A stretch of DNA of 64,000 bases from Oculina patagonica (lineage: Eukaryota): contig NC_135767.1 of the NCBI RefSeq assembly GCF_052425735.1, forward strand, positions 11,842,001 through 11,906,000, given 5' to 3'. Made by a program: the position numbers and the translations under genes. How positions within the stretch are numbered: position 1 is the first letter of the stretch; every line of letters starts with the position of its first letter. The notes below the pieces were generated by a model. The model saw nothing but the letters and a program-made list of their open reading frames with translations, was not told the DNA's origin and searched no databases. Below are positions 12,312 through 26,155 of the stretch, in pieces.

Positions 12312-15300
12312 ACCTACCCAGTGATTAAACTAGCACATAATTTCGAATAAACAGTGCTAGTGCTAGAAATAAGACACAGGTTACGGTGACATACCTAGAT
12401 CACATCTCCTGCCTATTTGCCGCACGATTCCATAATACCTTTGTACCTAAAAGTGACTAAAAAACTAGGTCAGTTTTAAGTTTAATTTAAAACAATAAAG
12501 TCCTTATTGTTTGTCTCACCGTGTAGTCACTTGTGATGTGAACGCACATACACTTACAGCATACTGCAAGTCTTCATCAGGCGACAAGGTTGACCGGTTA
12601 CGCGTAACCTTATAAAGCACGATGCTCCGCTGTGATCGTCGCATTTTGATCCTCAAAATATTGGAAATGCACCAAGACGAAATTTCTTTCACTTTAAACT
12701 GAATGCAAGAAATGGAGCGAACATCTCAAGTAACTCGGATGCAATATAGGTCAGTTTACCTTTACCCATTTCCTATCATCTTTTAATCGTGCTAGACGGT
12801 CCTTTGAGAAAATAGATGGTAGATGTAAACTGACTATGAAAAAAATAACCGAGATGAAATTATGTTGATTGTGGGTGGGGGAAGGTGAATTAGCCGAAGC
12901 AATTTACTTTAGGTAAATTAAAATTCACCCAAGTAAAAATTATCTTGCATTTCATTTTTCCTGGTGAAAAATTTTCAATATCCGCAGCACACGGAATGTC
13001 ACCAGGGAGAAGGGGGTACTCAGTTATACTTATGAAGGGGAGGTGCGAATAACACCAAATTGGTTGATCCAAAAGTCCTGTTAGGCTGAAACAAGAATAA
13101 AAAAGTTCAAGTTCCTTTTATTTTCTCTGACATCCTCATCCTTGCAGAGTTTTTGTTGGAAATTATCGTAGAAACGCCTCAAGCAATGACTTTACCATCT
13201 GCTGATTTTACGCATCTGAACCGATTTGAACAAGGCCGGCTAGCGTACCCTCAATGGATAGCCCTGCATGGGAATTTCGTGACTTGCTTGGACGTTCTTG
13301 GTGCGCAGAACACTTGCATGCTGTTCTATGGCGCCACAACTTTCCACAGATATACCTATGCGTGGCACGGACATCATATTTGTTCGACAATGGTCTAAGC
13401 TAGCCCTACCTAAGACAAGCATTCGGAAAAAAATGTTTGCAGAGGTGCATAAACTAAAAAAAAGTTTGCAGAGGAAAATTTTTCTTACCCCTCTGCAAGA
13501 AGATAATGGTCCGTCCCTTATGGTACACAATTGTCAGTAGGGAGCAGGGAAGTAGTGGGGCGGAGCGAAACACCAACAGCTTGCATTTTTTTTTACCACG
13601 AGAAGCAATGCAAGTGATAGCATAAATTAGCATTGCAAGGAACTCTCCAAAGTCAAATTACTGTGATAAGGTAGCTATAGTGCCACAAAGATGCAAATAA
13701 TACAGATTTTCTTTGTAGATTTGCTGTCATTGACAACAGTTAATTTTATTTTATTTTGAATTACATTTTTACATTTTTCATTGTTGTGCTAAAAAATTAT
13801 GTTAAATTGTAACGTGACATCGGGGGAAACGATACACGAGCAATTCTTCTATTACTGTCTTGTTTACACCGGCCCCATGTATTTAACGAATTTAGAAATT
13901 TCTGCTCACTTAATCCAATAGAAATCACCAAATACAATTTGTCTTCTTTGTCTATACTCCGTATTAGTCCATTCTAACTGCAATGAAGCCATTGGTTAAA
14001 AAAAAAACTGTTCTTTATCACAATGTAAGAACTGATAGATATGACGTAACGGTTAGCAGCATGTGCGCGTCATTGTCACTGTATCGCTACATAAAGTTAC
14101 TGTATCGTCTAAACATCACTTATTTCCACTCTTCCCGTAACAGTTGCATGAAAGGAACAAACGTTAACCTCGTTTATATGTAACTACAATCTGATTCTGA
14201 TCTGTGCATAATTTTGCTTCATCACATTAGGCTAAAAGAACGTCGGCGACGGCTCGGCGGCTCGGTTCTTTCTAAACCATCTCGTGAGCGAAATGACCTG
14301 TCTGATATTTATCAGTATACAGATATAGCCATGAAGTTTCAATCCTTTATATCTAAGCACATATTGCGGGCATGACTGAAAATTTTCCCTTTTAAATGGA
14401 ATATGTTTTTTTGTTTAATAACGCTTGTGCCAAGACTACTCGTTGAACATAAGTAGTTTATAATCCATGGTGAAAGAAGCTCCTGGATTGAAGGAATCGC
14501 GTTGAAAGAACATATTTCCATATTTTTGTTTCATTTGAAGAACATAATATTTCTATAATGAACCAACCAAACATCAAGTGGAACATGAAGTTTTAGAGTT
14601 AAGCCGTTTTCAAAAGAGAAGGAAATTGATTATGGTAATGTTGTCAATGAAACCGATTTAATCGTTTTGAATGATTGTCATGATTTATAACATCCAAGCA
14701 CCCGATTTTTGCTAAAATTATGCTACTTGTGATTGTGCTCATTTATGTGAATGATGATCAATAGTTTAAACTTGTATCGCAACTGCTTTGCCTTGAGTTC
14801 TGCTCTAATATATATCATTACAAAGGTATTCAATGAAAAGTCGTCGCTTTCATCTGCAAACGAAGTTGGCGCGCAATCTAAGCAAAAGCCCGATGATATG
14901 AGCCTTAGGCTTTTTAGTATGATAAAGCAATGAAAAAACATCCGTAGAAAGACCCAGAGAATTTGTGCGGAGGGGGAAATATACCAACAGTTCTGCTTAG
15001 GAAAGTAACTTCAACAAAAAAAGTGCCAATAGAATGCTTCTTATGTAAACGTATGGCTAAACATTATGCACTTCTTCTTAATCTTTGGCTTTCAGATGTT
15101 TATCGCGCTCGATATTACTCGACTAAATGAAAAAGAAAACAGCTATTGCGATTGATAAAGCAATAAATATCAAATCCAAAGCTGGCCAAACAATTAAAAA
15201 AAAAACAATTATTAACGGCAAGTGTGATAAATATCAAAATGGAAACAACTAAAGCACGGAAGATGAATTGCTAGGCCATTTTCTCTTTTTAAAGGGAAAA

Positions 15301-15590
15301 GGCCATTTAATAGCTATTTCGATAAATGTAGATCGATTAAATATTAAAATATTTACAGAGAAACGATATTTTGGCAGTAAACGAGCTCTCGTCGTTAAAG
15401 CTTGCAAGGTAGGGCAGAAAATTTGGAGACAAATCAAAATGTTTACTATCTCTTATCGATTTCGTTGATGGATTCCTTTTTTGAGTTTCAATTTTGCATA
15501 ATCTATTTTTAAAACCGCCAACACTTTGCGGTGCCCTGATCTCTTGCAATTTTCTCTTGGCTCAAAAAAAACGCAAGAAAAAGAAAATAT

Positions 15591-16508
15591 TCAAGAAAAA
15601 ATTCGTTTGAGCGTTTCCTTAACTGCTTGTTGCAAACTTCTGATTTTCCAGCAATAAAGAAACGGGTTCAAAGAAGAGTTTAGGTATACAAGAGCTGCCG
15701 AAAAACCCCAAAGGGCATCAAGAAATGCAGATGACCCGTTAATGGTTATTATTGCTATAACAATACTGTATGGCAGGTAACAAATAACTAATGCCAACTG
15801 CACCCAAAGAGCTGTAGACACTGTTTTTCTGTATCGAGCAATGTTAAGTGGAATATTTTCTGTTGGCGGTTCGTGCACTTGGTTAATGTGCATTCGGTGG
15901 CGCAGAATGAGATAGATTTTCAAGTAGCAAAACGCTGAAATCATGAGACTCAACAAGATTATTCCGTAACGAAAACTGAACGGGATTTCGTATTTCCAGA
16001 CCGAAATTGAGGCAAAGCCGATGCTGGAAATCCAAAACAAGCTAAGAAAGGCTCGGGTTCTTCCCATTGTTACAATGTGTCTGTATCTTACGCCTGATAA
16101 CAAGGCGAGAAGTCTGTCCACACTTATAGCAGCCAACGTTAACAGAGACACTGTGCACAAAATTGTAAAACTGATGGTACAAATGGTAGCAGAATAAAAA
16201 CAAACGTCTAGCCAATGCCTACGATCTCTTTCTATTCCCAGCGTCATTGAGTAGACAGCGGCACTTGGTTCCGAGATAAGGCCAACGAGGAGGTCCGTCA
16301 TGGCGAGGCAACGATACAGAAGTTTTGATGGCGGATGAAGAGAAGACTCCTTGTGCAGCGCAATTAGTATCAGGGTATTCCCGAGAATTGCAGTGACGGA
16401 AAAGAGACAGTTGATAACCGAGATAAGAAGCTTGTAGTTTCCTGACGACTGGCTCGTGCAAAACAGATTTTGAATGGACAAGTGTCCTTCGTTGGTGAGG
16501 TTTTTCAT
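15591..16508 (-). CDS. Class A GPCR, short-loop cluster member 1 (melanocortin/adenosine-receptor-like architecture)
   Basis: 305 aa, 7TM, motifs GN, LAxxD, SVDRL, CYLPY and NSSLNPFLY. Confidence 0.93.
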   Translation of the reverse strand: MKNLTNEGHLSIQNLFCTSQSSGNYKLLISVINCLFSVTAILGNTLILIALHKESSLHPPSKLLYRCLAMTDLLVGLISEPSAAVYSMTLGIERDRRHWLDVCFYSATICTISFTILCTVSLLTLAAISVDRLLALLSGVRYRHIVTMGRTRAFLSLFWISSIGFASISVWKYEIPFSFRYGIILLSLMISAFCYLKIYLILRHRMHINQVHEPPTENIPLNIARYRKTVSTALWVQLALVICYLPYSIVIAIITINGSSAFLDALWGFSAALVYLNSSLNPFLYCWKIRSLQQAVKETLKRIFS

Positions 16509-17887
16509 TTTTTTTTTTTTTTTTTTGAGCCTGTTGCGATGCGTGTTGATGCGAATTAATTTTGATTCATTTGCGACTTCGACAGAATTGTTTCACGTTA
16601 GTTATGTCAGCTTTGACTTATAATGACGTCTGCCAATGTCAATTTATAAGGGTGTTGGTGGTTTAGGAGGTTCAAACAGCTGTCTGTTAAAAATAAGGAG
16701 ACTGTCACCTTTGTCAACCAGATGGAAACTTCTTGAAAATTATTCTTGCACATTTACAAGTGAAAAACCTGTGTTTATGAACATTTGCGGATTGCTTCTT
16801 GACCGTGGCTGTTTGTGATATTCTGTTTTAATACGATCTACATTAACTAGAAATACGAAAATTGTGCTAATAGCTTTTTGGTTTCCTGATATCTGATCAT
16901 CAATAAACAGTGGGAATGTTGTTAGGTCCACAAAGATTTGAAAGGATTATTTTTAAAACAGCAAACATTAAAAGCTTGGAGTGATGCCACTATCAATAAG
17001 ATACTTTTATGATGTATTCTTTTATCATACACTCAGACATACACACTTCAAATATGCGACTAAACTTTAACTCAAACTTTAAATCAAACCTTTATTCTGA
17101 TCGAACCGATGTTTTTTTTATTTGTTTTAAATTGCAAATCGTTAAATTTTACTTTTTGTATCTTAAAAATGATTTGAAAAAAAATATCGTTGACATACGT
17201 GCTCTGAATTTAAAACTTTTCAATTTTGCTGTTGGGATTTTTGTCACTCCATGACATTTAATCTCTTAACCTTAGGAAGTAGTGCCTTTAAATTGCATTT
17301 TAAATCCCTCAGCATTTAGAATTCAGGAAATGTCGGTTTTAGTAGGAAGCATGACGTTCTCCATTGTTTACATTTACTTTCCTCTACAAACATATCAACT
17401 TTTTATGCTTGAACCAACTTGACTATCACTAGGTTTTTTGGCAAAATTGTTTTTATTACAATCAAGACTACAATTTTTAAATGTAAAAAAAAAGATTACA
17501 ATGTACCGGTCAATTTTACACTCTATCTAAATAGGTACATGAGCGCAGAAAAAGGTCAAAAATAGAAATCAGCAATAAATGTTGAACATGGTATGTGAAT
17601 GCTGAAAAAGTACATTAGTCCCTGTGACAAGGTACCTTAAAATATTTACACATTATATTGACGAATAATACGATCAAACAAGGAAGTAACTACAGAAGAA
17701 AACAAGGAGCGTTGCGCTTCGCTCCAATACCTAAAAGTTCTTGTAAAGCTGGTTGGCCGGTCAACGTTTTTATACAAAGAAGAGTCAGCCTGTAAACTTT
17801 GGTAAAAAAAAAAAAAAAAAAAAAACAACTAAAAGATATCTTAAGAGCACACCACGTACGTAACAAGACAATTCTATGACATCATCG

Positions 17888-18372
17888 CGGCAATGATCGC
17901 TCTAGTCATGACATTTTTTTTTTCTGAAACCCGCATGATCCACGAGTAAGCTGATTTCTATATAGTTTCCGATGCTACATTGGATCGTGTGTTATCTGTT
18001 TATTGGGTGAAATTAGGTAAGATGTTTCTTTAATTCTTGCAGTTTTAAAAGATGTACAACATAATTTAAAGGAACAGTGTCCAAATTGCTGCCCCGGTGC
18101 GTCAAGATTTTTGTATTTTCCCGCGCTTTTCGGTTTCGCGCGACTCTTTAGGCGAGTATTTTTTGACCGTCTGTCATATTATAAGCGACGCGCACGTTGG
18201 ACACTGTTCCCAAATATGTTGTCCATCAAAAGAGAAAAACATAAAGGAAACACTTCACCTAATCCCCGGAAAACTGATAACACACGATCAAATTTAACAT
18301 CGGAATTTTTAGAAATCAATTCAATAGTGAATAATGCAGGCCAAAAACATTCATGACTAGAGTGTCATGCCG
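17888..18372. mobile_element. Putative MITE in the spacer of the inverted duplication
   Basis: Imperfect TIRs CGGCAATGATCGCTCTAGTCATGA / TCATGACTAGAGTGTCATGCCG. No clear TSD. Confidence 0.45.
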
Positions 18373-19616
18373 TATAGTCAGGCAAACTTTTGTTTCTTCT
18401 TTTTTGTTGCCATAAGTCTCCGGACTGTGAACAGCTGACTTTTTCTAGAGCGAGGTCGACGTTCTTCTTTTCTGAAGTTCTTCCTTGTTCTTTTTATTTT
18501 TTTTTTTAATCGTATCCTTCATCAGCAAAACATGTTAATATTTTAAGGTACCTTGTCAAAGGGACTAACGTATTTTTTCAGCATTAACTTATTATTTCGG
18601 TTGCTGACCAATTTTTGCGCTCATTTACTTGTTTAAGATAAAGTGGAATATTGCCCGGTACCTAGAGATCTTTTTTCTAACTAAAAATAGTAATCTTAAT
18701 TGTAACACGACTACTGCTTTGCCAAAAAACTAGATATCAAGTTAGTGCAATTCTTAGTTGTTATCGGTTTGTTGGAGGAAACGAAATGTAAACAATGGAC
18801 ATCGTCATGCTTAAAACTAGAATCGACATTTCCTGAATTCTAAATGCTGGGGGATTAAAAATGCAATTTAAAGGCACTACTTCCTTATTCTAAGAGATTA
18901 AATGTCATGATCGTGCCAAACAGCCCAGCAGCAAAATCTAGGGATTTTAAATTCTAATCACGTATATCACCAAAATATTTTCAAATCTTTTTTCAACGTG
19001 CGAAAAATCAAATTGAACGACTTGGGGTTAGTAAAAAAATCATTGGGTCGATCAGAATATAATGTTAGTTTAAAGTTTAATCGTATAGTTGGAGAGTGTA
19101 TGTCTTAGGAGAATACTTCGTAAAGATTAAAAGTATCTTGCCGATAATGGCAGCACTTCCTTGCTTTCAATGTTTGCTATTTTAGAAATGTTCATTGCAG
19201 ACCTTTGTGGACCTAACAACATTCCTATTTGTAAATGATCATATATCAGGAAACCAAAAAGTGATTTCCACAATTTTCGTATTTCATGTTAATTAATGTA
19301 GATCGTATTAAAACAGAATATCACAAACGACCACGGTCAAGAAGCAATCCGCGATCGTATACACAGGTTTTTTGCACTTATGAATGTGCAAGGATTATTT
19401 TCAAGACGTTTCCATCCAGTTTACAAAGGTGACGGTTTCCTTGTTTTCTACAGACAGCTGTTTGAACCTCCTAAACCACCAGCATCGTTAATTGACATTA
19501 GCAGACGTCATTTTTAGTCGAAGCCGACATTAAATAACGTGAAACGAGTCGGTCGAAGTCGCAAATGAATCAAAATTGATTCGCAACAACACGCATCGCA
19601 GCAGGCTCAAATAAAA

Positions 19617-20534
19617 ATGGAAAACCTCACCAACGAAGGACACTTGTCTATTCAAAATCTGTTCTGCACGAACCATTCGTCGGGAATGTACAACCTTTTT
19701 CTCTCGGCTATCAACTGCCTCTTTTCCGTCACTGCAATTCTCGGGAATACCCTGATCCTAATTGCTTTACACAAGGAGTCTTCCCTTCGTCCGCCATCAA
19801 AACTTCTATATCGCTGCCTCGCCATGATGGACCTCTTCGTTGGTCTTATTTCGGAACCAAGCGCCGCTGTCTACTCAATGACGCTGGGAATAGAAAGAGA
19901 TCGTACGCATTGGCTGGATGTTTGTTTTTATTCTGCTACCATCTGCACCGTCAGCTTTACAATTTTGTGCACAATGTCTTTGTTAACGTTGGCTGCTATA
20001 AGTGTGGACAGACTTCTGGCCTTGTTGTCAGGCGTGAGGTACAGACACATTGTAACAATGGGAAGAACCCGAGCCTTTCTTATCTTGTTCTGGATTTCCA
20101 GCACCGGTTTTGCTTCAATGTCCGTCTGGAAGTACGAAATTCCGTTCAGTTTTCGCCACGGAATAATTTTGTTGAGTCTCATGATTTCCGCGTTTTGCTA
20201 CTTGAAAATCTATCACATTCTGCGCCACCGAATGCATGTTAACCAAGTGCACAAACCGTCAACAGTAAACATTCCACTAAACATTGCTCGATACAGAAAG
20301 ACAGTGTCTACAGCTCTTTGGGTACAGTTGGCACTAGTTATTTGTTACTTGCCATACAGTATTGTTATAGCAATAATAACCATTAACGGGTCATCTGCAT
20401 TTCTCGATGCCCTTTGGGGATTTTCGGGGGCTTTTGTCTACCTAAACTCTTCTTTGAACCCATTTCTTTATTGCTGGAAAATCCTAAGTTTGCGACAAGC
20501 AGTTAAGGATAGGCTCAAACAATTTTTATCTTGA
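19617..20534 (+). CDS. Class A GPCR, cluster member 2 (head-to-head paralog of member 1)
   Basis: 305 aa, roughly 90% identical to 15591-16508 by eye, same motifs. Confidence 0.93.
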   Translation: MENLTNEGHLSIQNLFCTNHSSGMYNLFLSAINCLFSVTAILGNTLILIALHKESSLRPPSKLLYRCLAMMDLFVGLISEPSAAVYSMTLGIERDRTHWLDVCFYSATICTVSFTILCTMSLLTLAAISVDRLLALLSGVRYRHIVTMGRTRAFLILFWISSTGFASMSVWKYEIPFSFRHGIILLSLMISAFCYLKIYHILRHRMHVNQVHKPSTVNIPLNIARYRKTVSTALWVQLALVICYLPYSIVIAIITINGSSAFLDALWGFSGAFVYLNSSLNPFLYCWKILSLRQAVKDRLKQFLS

Positions 20535-22134
20535 ATATTTCCTCTTTCCACGGTTTATTTGAGACAAGAGACAATTGCAAGACAGTATTGCAAAGTGTTT
20601 GCGGTTTTAAAAATAGAATATGTAAAAACTAAGCCTCAAAACGCAATCGTGAAGTCGATAAGAGATTGTAGACAACCAAGCGCCTTATTTCGACCTCCAT
20701 TCCAATTTCCTTTCGGACTTGAAGGCCTTATGGTTGAGAGGTTCAAGTGTTTTTTTCTGTTTTGCTATCTTTTCTCTATAAAGATTCTAATATTTAACCA
20801 TTGTATATTTATTAGAATTGCCTTCATTAAAGGGGAAAAATGGCCTAATATTTCATCTTCCGTGCTTCGTTTATTTTCATTTAGATGTTTATCACACTTG
20901 CCGTTTATAATTGGTGGTTCAATTGTTTGGTCAGCTTTGGATTTGATATTTATTGCTCAATTAATCGCGAAAGATTTTTATTTTTCATTAAGTCGAGTAA
21001 TATCGAGCGAGATAAACATTATTGATGTTAACGTTATGTCCAATGATTAAGAAGAAGTGCATATGTTTAGCAAAATGTTTACAAAAGAAGAATTATATTG
21101 GCTTTTTTTGTTAACGTTGCTTTGCTAGCATAACTGACAGTGTTTTCCCATTTCCAGAGCTCATCATTAGCAAAAATTAAATTCTACCGAGACTCTTTCT
21201 GCTTAGTAATCTGTTTTCCAGTGACTCGCTGTAGTAAGAAGCCGGAGGCTCATATCAGTGGATTTTTGCTAAGATTGCGCGCCATCTCCAATTTAAAAAG
21301 CGACAACTTGCATTAAATACCCTTGTATTAAAAAAATAATTATAAGAGCAGAGAAAATGCGATGGCAGAACAATTGCAATACAAGATGCAACTAGTTTTA
21401 TTAACGGTTAATCACAAACAAAAATAACATTTCCATAAGATATAGATTGGCACAATTCTAGCATAATTTTAACAAAAATCGGGTGTTGATTTGTTCTAGT
21501 TCCCATTATCATTTAAAAGAGTTCAATTTGTGGCACACGTCATTGACAACATTACCATATATTTCATATTTTCTTCTCGTTTGGAATCGGCTTAACTCTA
21601 AACCTTCCTGTTGCCCTCGTCGTTTCGTTGATTGATTATGGAAATATGTTCTTTCAGCCCTATTCCTACCATACAGGAGCTTCTTAGCCCGTGAATTGAA
21701 AACTACTAAAGTATATGGGAAAAAAGTATTTCTTGGCACAAACGTTATTAAACAAGAAATTCCCCATCGAAAAGGACAATGTCAATCATCCCCACAACAT
21801 GAACTTAGATATTAAGAATTAAAATTTGTATACTGATAAGTAGATAGGTCATTTCGCTGACGACATGGTTTAGAAAGCCCAGAGCCGCCGAGCCGCCGTT
21901 GACAATTCTATCAGCCTAATTCGATGGAGCAAAATGATGCGCAGATCAAAACAGTTCTGACACTTAATAAATCAAGCCTGCGATGCCCTGCAATAGTCAT
22001 TTCGAATCCTTAGCCATTAAAAATGTTGTATTTGGAAACAAAATATCCGCGGCATATTCATGTAAATATGAATAAGCGTTGTGATCGTTTGTGTTTCGCT
22101 GACTTCTTCAAATTAGTCTGAACATTTGAAGTTC

Positions 22135-22660
22135 AAATATTTGAACTGGGGAATGAAGAAATAAATTTAAAGAAGATCCCCACGTTACGAAAAGGTAACT
22201 TGAAAAAGTCAGGCTTGCTGGGATTCGAACCCTGACCTCTGCCAGACAGGTGCGGCGTTCTAACCAATTTAGCAACCAAGCCAACAGGACGTTGGTCATT
22301 AAATTGGTTCACAATATACCCGGGAAAGATGATATAAAAAATTTATATCGATTTGAACTGCGGAATGAAGAAATAAATGAAAAGAATATCCTCGGAGTTA
22401 TTAACGCAACTTATGCAGTTGCGAAAAGAAAGCCGTATATTGATATAATAATTTCGTCGTCACTTTTCCAGGGTATATATATCACAAACCAATTTAATGA
22501 CCAGCGCCCAGTTGGCTTGTTATCTTATTTGGTTAGAGCGCGGCACCGGTATCGCAGAGGTTAGTGTTCAAATCCCGACAAGCCTGATTTTTTCAGGCTT
22601 TTTTTCGCAACTGCATAAGTTGCGTTAATAACTGAGAGGATCTTCTTTACATTTATTTAG
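22135..22660. repeat. tRNA-derived repeat units in inverted arrangement
   Basis: GGGATTCGAACCC (B box on the minus strand, 22220) mirrored by GTTCAAATCCC (22566). GTTATTAACGCAACTTATGCAGTTGCGAAAA (22397) has its reverse complement at about 22602-22632. Confidence 0.65.
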
Positions 22661-23050
22661 TATCCCATGCACTGACTATTCAGATACCTCTGGAAACTAG
22701 CTGGACATTAATTTCGATGATGCTCAATTTTTCAACTTGTCTTTAGTTAAGAAGGTTTTTTCAAACAGGAACTCTTATCGACTGTCATATGTCATTTAGC
22801 TCAGTTTAGTTTTCAGCCCTCAAGTATTATTTGAAAAAATCGTCGCCATGTTCACTAATGACTATTTTCGTGTCGTTACACGAAAATAACTCCATAAAGC
22901 GCTTTCCACTATTATGTGCCAGTTCGGACAACAATATGTGGGTGTACTGTATGATTTGCTTCGCTTGCAAATGCCATGATGAAGATATATGACGCATATG
23001 TGATAAAGAAATTTAATTATGCGGGTTATTGGTTCGAATAAAGTAAGGGG

Positions 23051-23450
23051 TGTAGCCACGGAGCCCCTTATTATTCGTTTTTATTTGTCGAGTCCTTTGT
23101 TTCCGTTTTTGTCGCGCATATTTTTCTTGTAATTAGCTTTGTTAGTTATTTTTAGGTTACGTTACTTGTTATATTTTCGTGTGCATTTTTTATCTGCCAT
23201 TTCTATTGTTTTGCTTAGCGTTTTCTGCGGTGTTTTTTTTAAGTTTTCGTTGTCAGTATGTTAAAGTCGCCGAAGTGTTCGCACAAATCTTGTAAGTTTC
23301 GTATTTTTCCATTTTTTTTTTTCGCTTTCTGTTTTAGTTTTCCGTTTGTTTCTTTCGCTGTAAGTTTAGTTTGTCTGTGTTGTTTGTTATTTCAGCAAAT
23401 CGCTGGTTAAAGTGCGTATTTTGAAGTTGTGCGTGTGGTTTGATTACATA
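23051..23450 (+). repeat. 5' LTR of the BEL/Pao element
   Basis: Direct repeat of 29997-30394 with only a handful of differences. Confidence 0.9.
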
Positions 23451-23578
23451 TTTCATTTGAAGATTTATATGGAACTTCGTTATGGAACGCGTTATGGATG
23501 AGTTTGGTCGAAGGAGAATCCATTCCGCAGAAGCCCTCGACAGTCTTCGATTAAAGAATTCAAGATCGGGACATTAAT

Positions 23579-25873
23579 TTGTCGAGAATTACAACGTTGT
23601 ATCGGGCAACTGAGGCCCTCCTTGTGGATGCGAGAAACGTCGAAGAAGTCTCGAAGAAACTGTTAGAAATAATTAATGAAGCATTTAGCCGCTTCGAGGA
23701 ATCCCATTATTCATACATCGCATCGCTATCCGGAGATCTCGAAGAGTGGGCAAAAAAAGGACGTTATTTCCAGGAACATTGTCAGAGAAAGGACCAATTC
23801 GATCTAAACATCAAGCGATGGATCGATGATGTCAAAATTCGTTCTGAAACTCGTGAAGAAACGGACATCCGTCCTGAAGATTCCGTAAGCGCGGCTGGCT
23901 CTCGTCGAAGTCGCATCTCTTCTGGTGTATCTATTAAGCAGTTAAAGGCCAAGGAAGCGTTGGCACGCCTCAAAGTGAAACAACTGTTAGAGGAACAAGA
24001 ACTTTTAAGAAAGCAAGAGGAAATGAAAATGGAGCGTCAAATTCTGGAGGCGAAATATGAACTAGAGCAGGCGGCTCTTCAAGTAAAAATCCTCGAAGAA
24101 GATCATTCCGTTATTGATGGAGCAATACCGAAAATGTCGAAGCAAACTGGTTCATCTTTTGGAGAACTTGGTTCACAGCGCGATGGCGAATCCAAAGTTA
24201 AAGATGTCGGAGTTGAGACCAAAACCAAAGACGAGCTCAAAAGAGTTCCTTACGACAATGATGTTATATGTTCTCGGCTGAACCCGCACGCGAGGGAGTT
24301 TACGTACGCCCCGCCGATTCCAGATAATGAACTTTCTCAGACTGATTCCGTGGATTCCGAATTTGCCATCGTTGAAGACGTGCTTGATAAACTGGGCTCG
24401 ACAATAAGACAGGGATTTGCCTTGCCTAAACCTGACCTCTCCACCTTTGATGGCAACCCAATGGAATATTGGAGTTTTATCCGGTCGTTTGAGAACACTA
24501 TTGAACGAAACATAACGAGTGAAAGTGAGAAGCTCATGTACCTATTGCAATACACAACGGGCGAAGCGAAGAAGACGATTGATTGTTGCGTTGTTATGGA
24601 TCCTTCAAGGGGATATCAGTCCGCGAGGAAATTGCTGAGGGTGAGCGAGATTACTGAGAGTCCTCCAATTAAGGCGTCTGATCGTTCGGGATTACTTGCG
24701 TTTGCCGACCAGCTAAAAAACTGTGAACACACCCTCGAGTCCATAGGCTACATTGATGAGGTCAACAGTGCTGACAACCTCCGAAGAATAGCACAAAGAC
24801 TACCATTTCATCTTCGTACAAAGTTTGTCGAAGTCGCAGACGGTATCCAGCAATCTGGCAAGAGACCAAACATCAAGGACATCTCATCGTTTGTTGCAGT
24901 CAAAGCAAGAGCAGCAAATAATCCAGTATTTGGAAGCGTTATGGACGTTACGCCTGACAGCAAACGGGGAACTTTAAAACAAAAGCCACCGAGTTCAAAA
25001 ACGAGTGAACCATCGCCTAACCATATCACTACGCTTAACACTCAAGGAACTGTTAATTCAAGGGTGAAGACCCGTGTTTGTCCAGCTTGCAGCGGCAATC
25101 ACATTTTGATGAAATGTCAGAACTTTGGAAGAAAGACCTTTGATGAACATGTTCAGATTATGAGAAGGGCTCATCTTTGTCACAATTGCTTCCAATATGG
25201 TCATATCGCACGGGGTTGCCTGTCCAGAGGTGCATGTCAAGTTGATGGTTGTACGAGAAAGCATCACACTCTGCTCCATCCTCCCTGTCAACAAGTTCCG
25301 AACGGTAACCATGCCAGTGGAGGTAACGCTACTCAAGCTACCCAGATACCGCAGGCTCCCCAAGCTACTCAAGTTACCCAGAGACCACAGGCTCTCCAAA
25401 CTACTCAAGCTACCGAGATATCACAGGCTTCCCAAGGTATCCAAGGTACACAAGCTACTGTTCCTACGCCTACTCAAGGTGCCCAAGGTGGACAGTTAAA
25501 CAGTACCCAAGCGGGAAGTGGTAAAGTGTGCCTCAGGACCGTGCCAGTGAAAGCCCAATGTCAGAACTCGAGCGAGAAGTTGTTAACCTACGCCCTTCTT
25601 GACAACGGGTCGGATGTCTCCCTGTGTACTAAAGGCTTGGCAGCGCGGCTGGGGGTTCAAGGAGAGCAGAAAACGTTTTACTTAACAACGCAAGAGAAGG
25701 AAGACAGTCCGAAGTCGGGTCAAGAGATAAGCCTTATGGTTGAAGCCTTGGACGGGTCAGACAAGTTAGAAATTCAGAGACTTTGGACAGTTGACAAAGT
25801 AAATGCATCTAGCCACAGCATTCCAACTAACCAAGACATTAGCAGTTGGCCTCATTTTGTATCAATCTGCTAA
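23579..25873 (+). pseudogene. BEL/Pao gag plus aspartic protease region
   Basis: FDGNPMEYWSF (DUF1759-like), zinc knuckles CPACSGNHILMKC, CHNCFQYGHIARGC and CQVDGCTRKHHTLLH, protease site LLDNGS. Frameshifted at the 3' end. Confidence 0.88.
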
Positions 25874-26155
25874 GCATCGAAGAGACTAACATCGAGCTGA
25901 TCATAGGATGCAATGTCCCAAAGTCCTTTTGGGTATTGGAAGAAAGGCGTGGCAACAAAGTTGACCCGTACGCTATTCGTTCACCGCTGGGATGGACGTT
26001 AATGGGCAATAGACAGAATGGAATGTAAGAAAAGCCATCACTGTGTTAACTTCACGAGAATTGCAAATGTTGAGAAAGAAGATGTCCTCATGTAACAACT
26101 TGTAAGATTCTGGAAGACTTACAATGCTGGTCTGATCCCTGATTGCAAGGTTTCC

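Larger units (their letters stand above)
14190..21950. repeat. Large inverted duplication (arms about 14190-17720 and 18450-21950), each arm carrying one GPCR
   Basis: Reverse-complement homology extends well beyond the CDSs, e.g. GGCTCGGCGGCTC (14251) vs GAGCCGCCGAGCC (21882), and GACAAGGTACCTTAAAATATT (17626) vs AATATTTTAAGGTACCTTGTC (18537). Confidence 0.85.
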
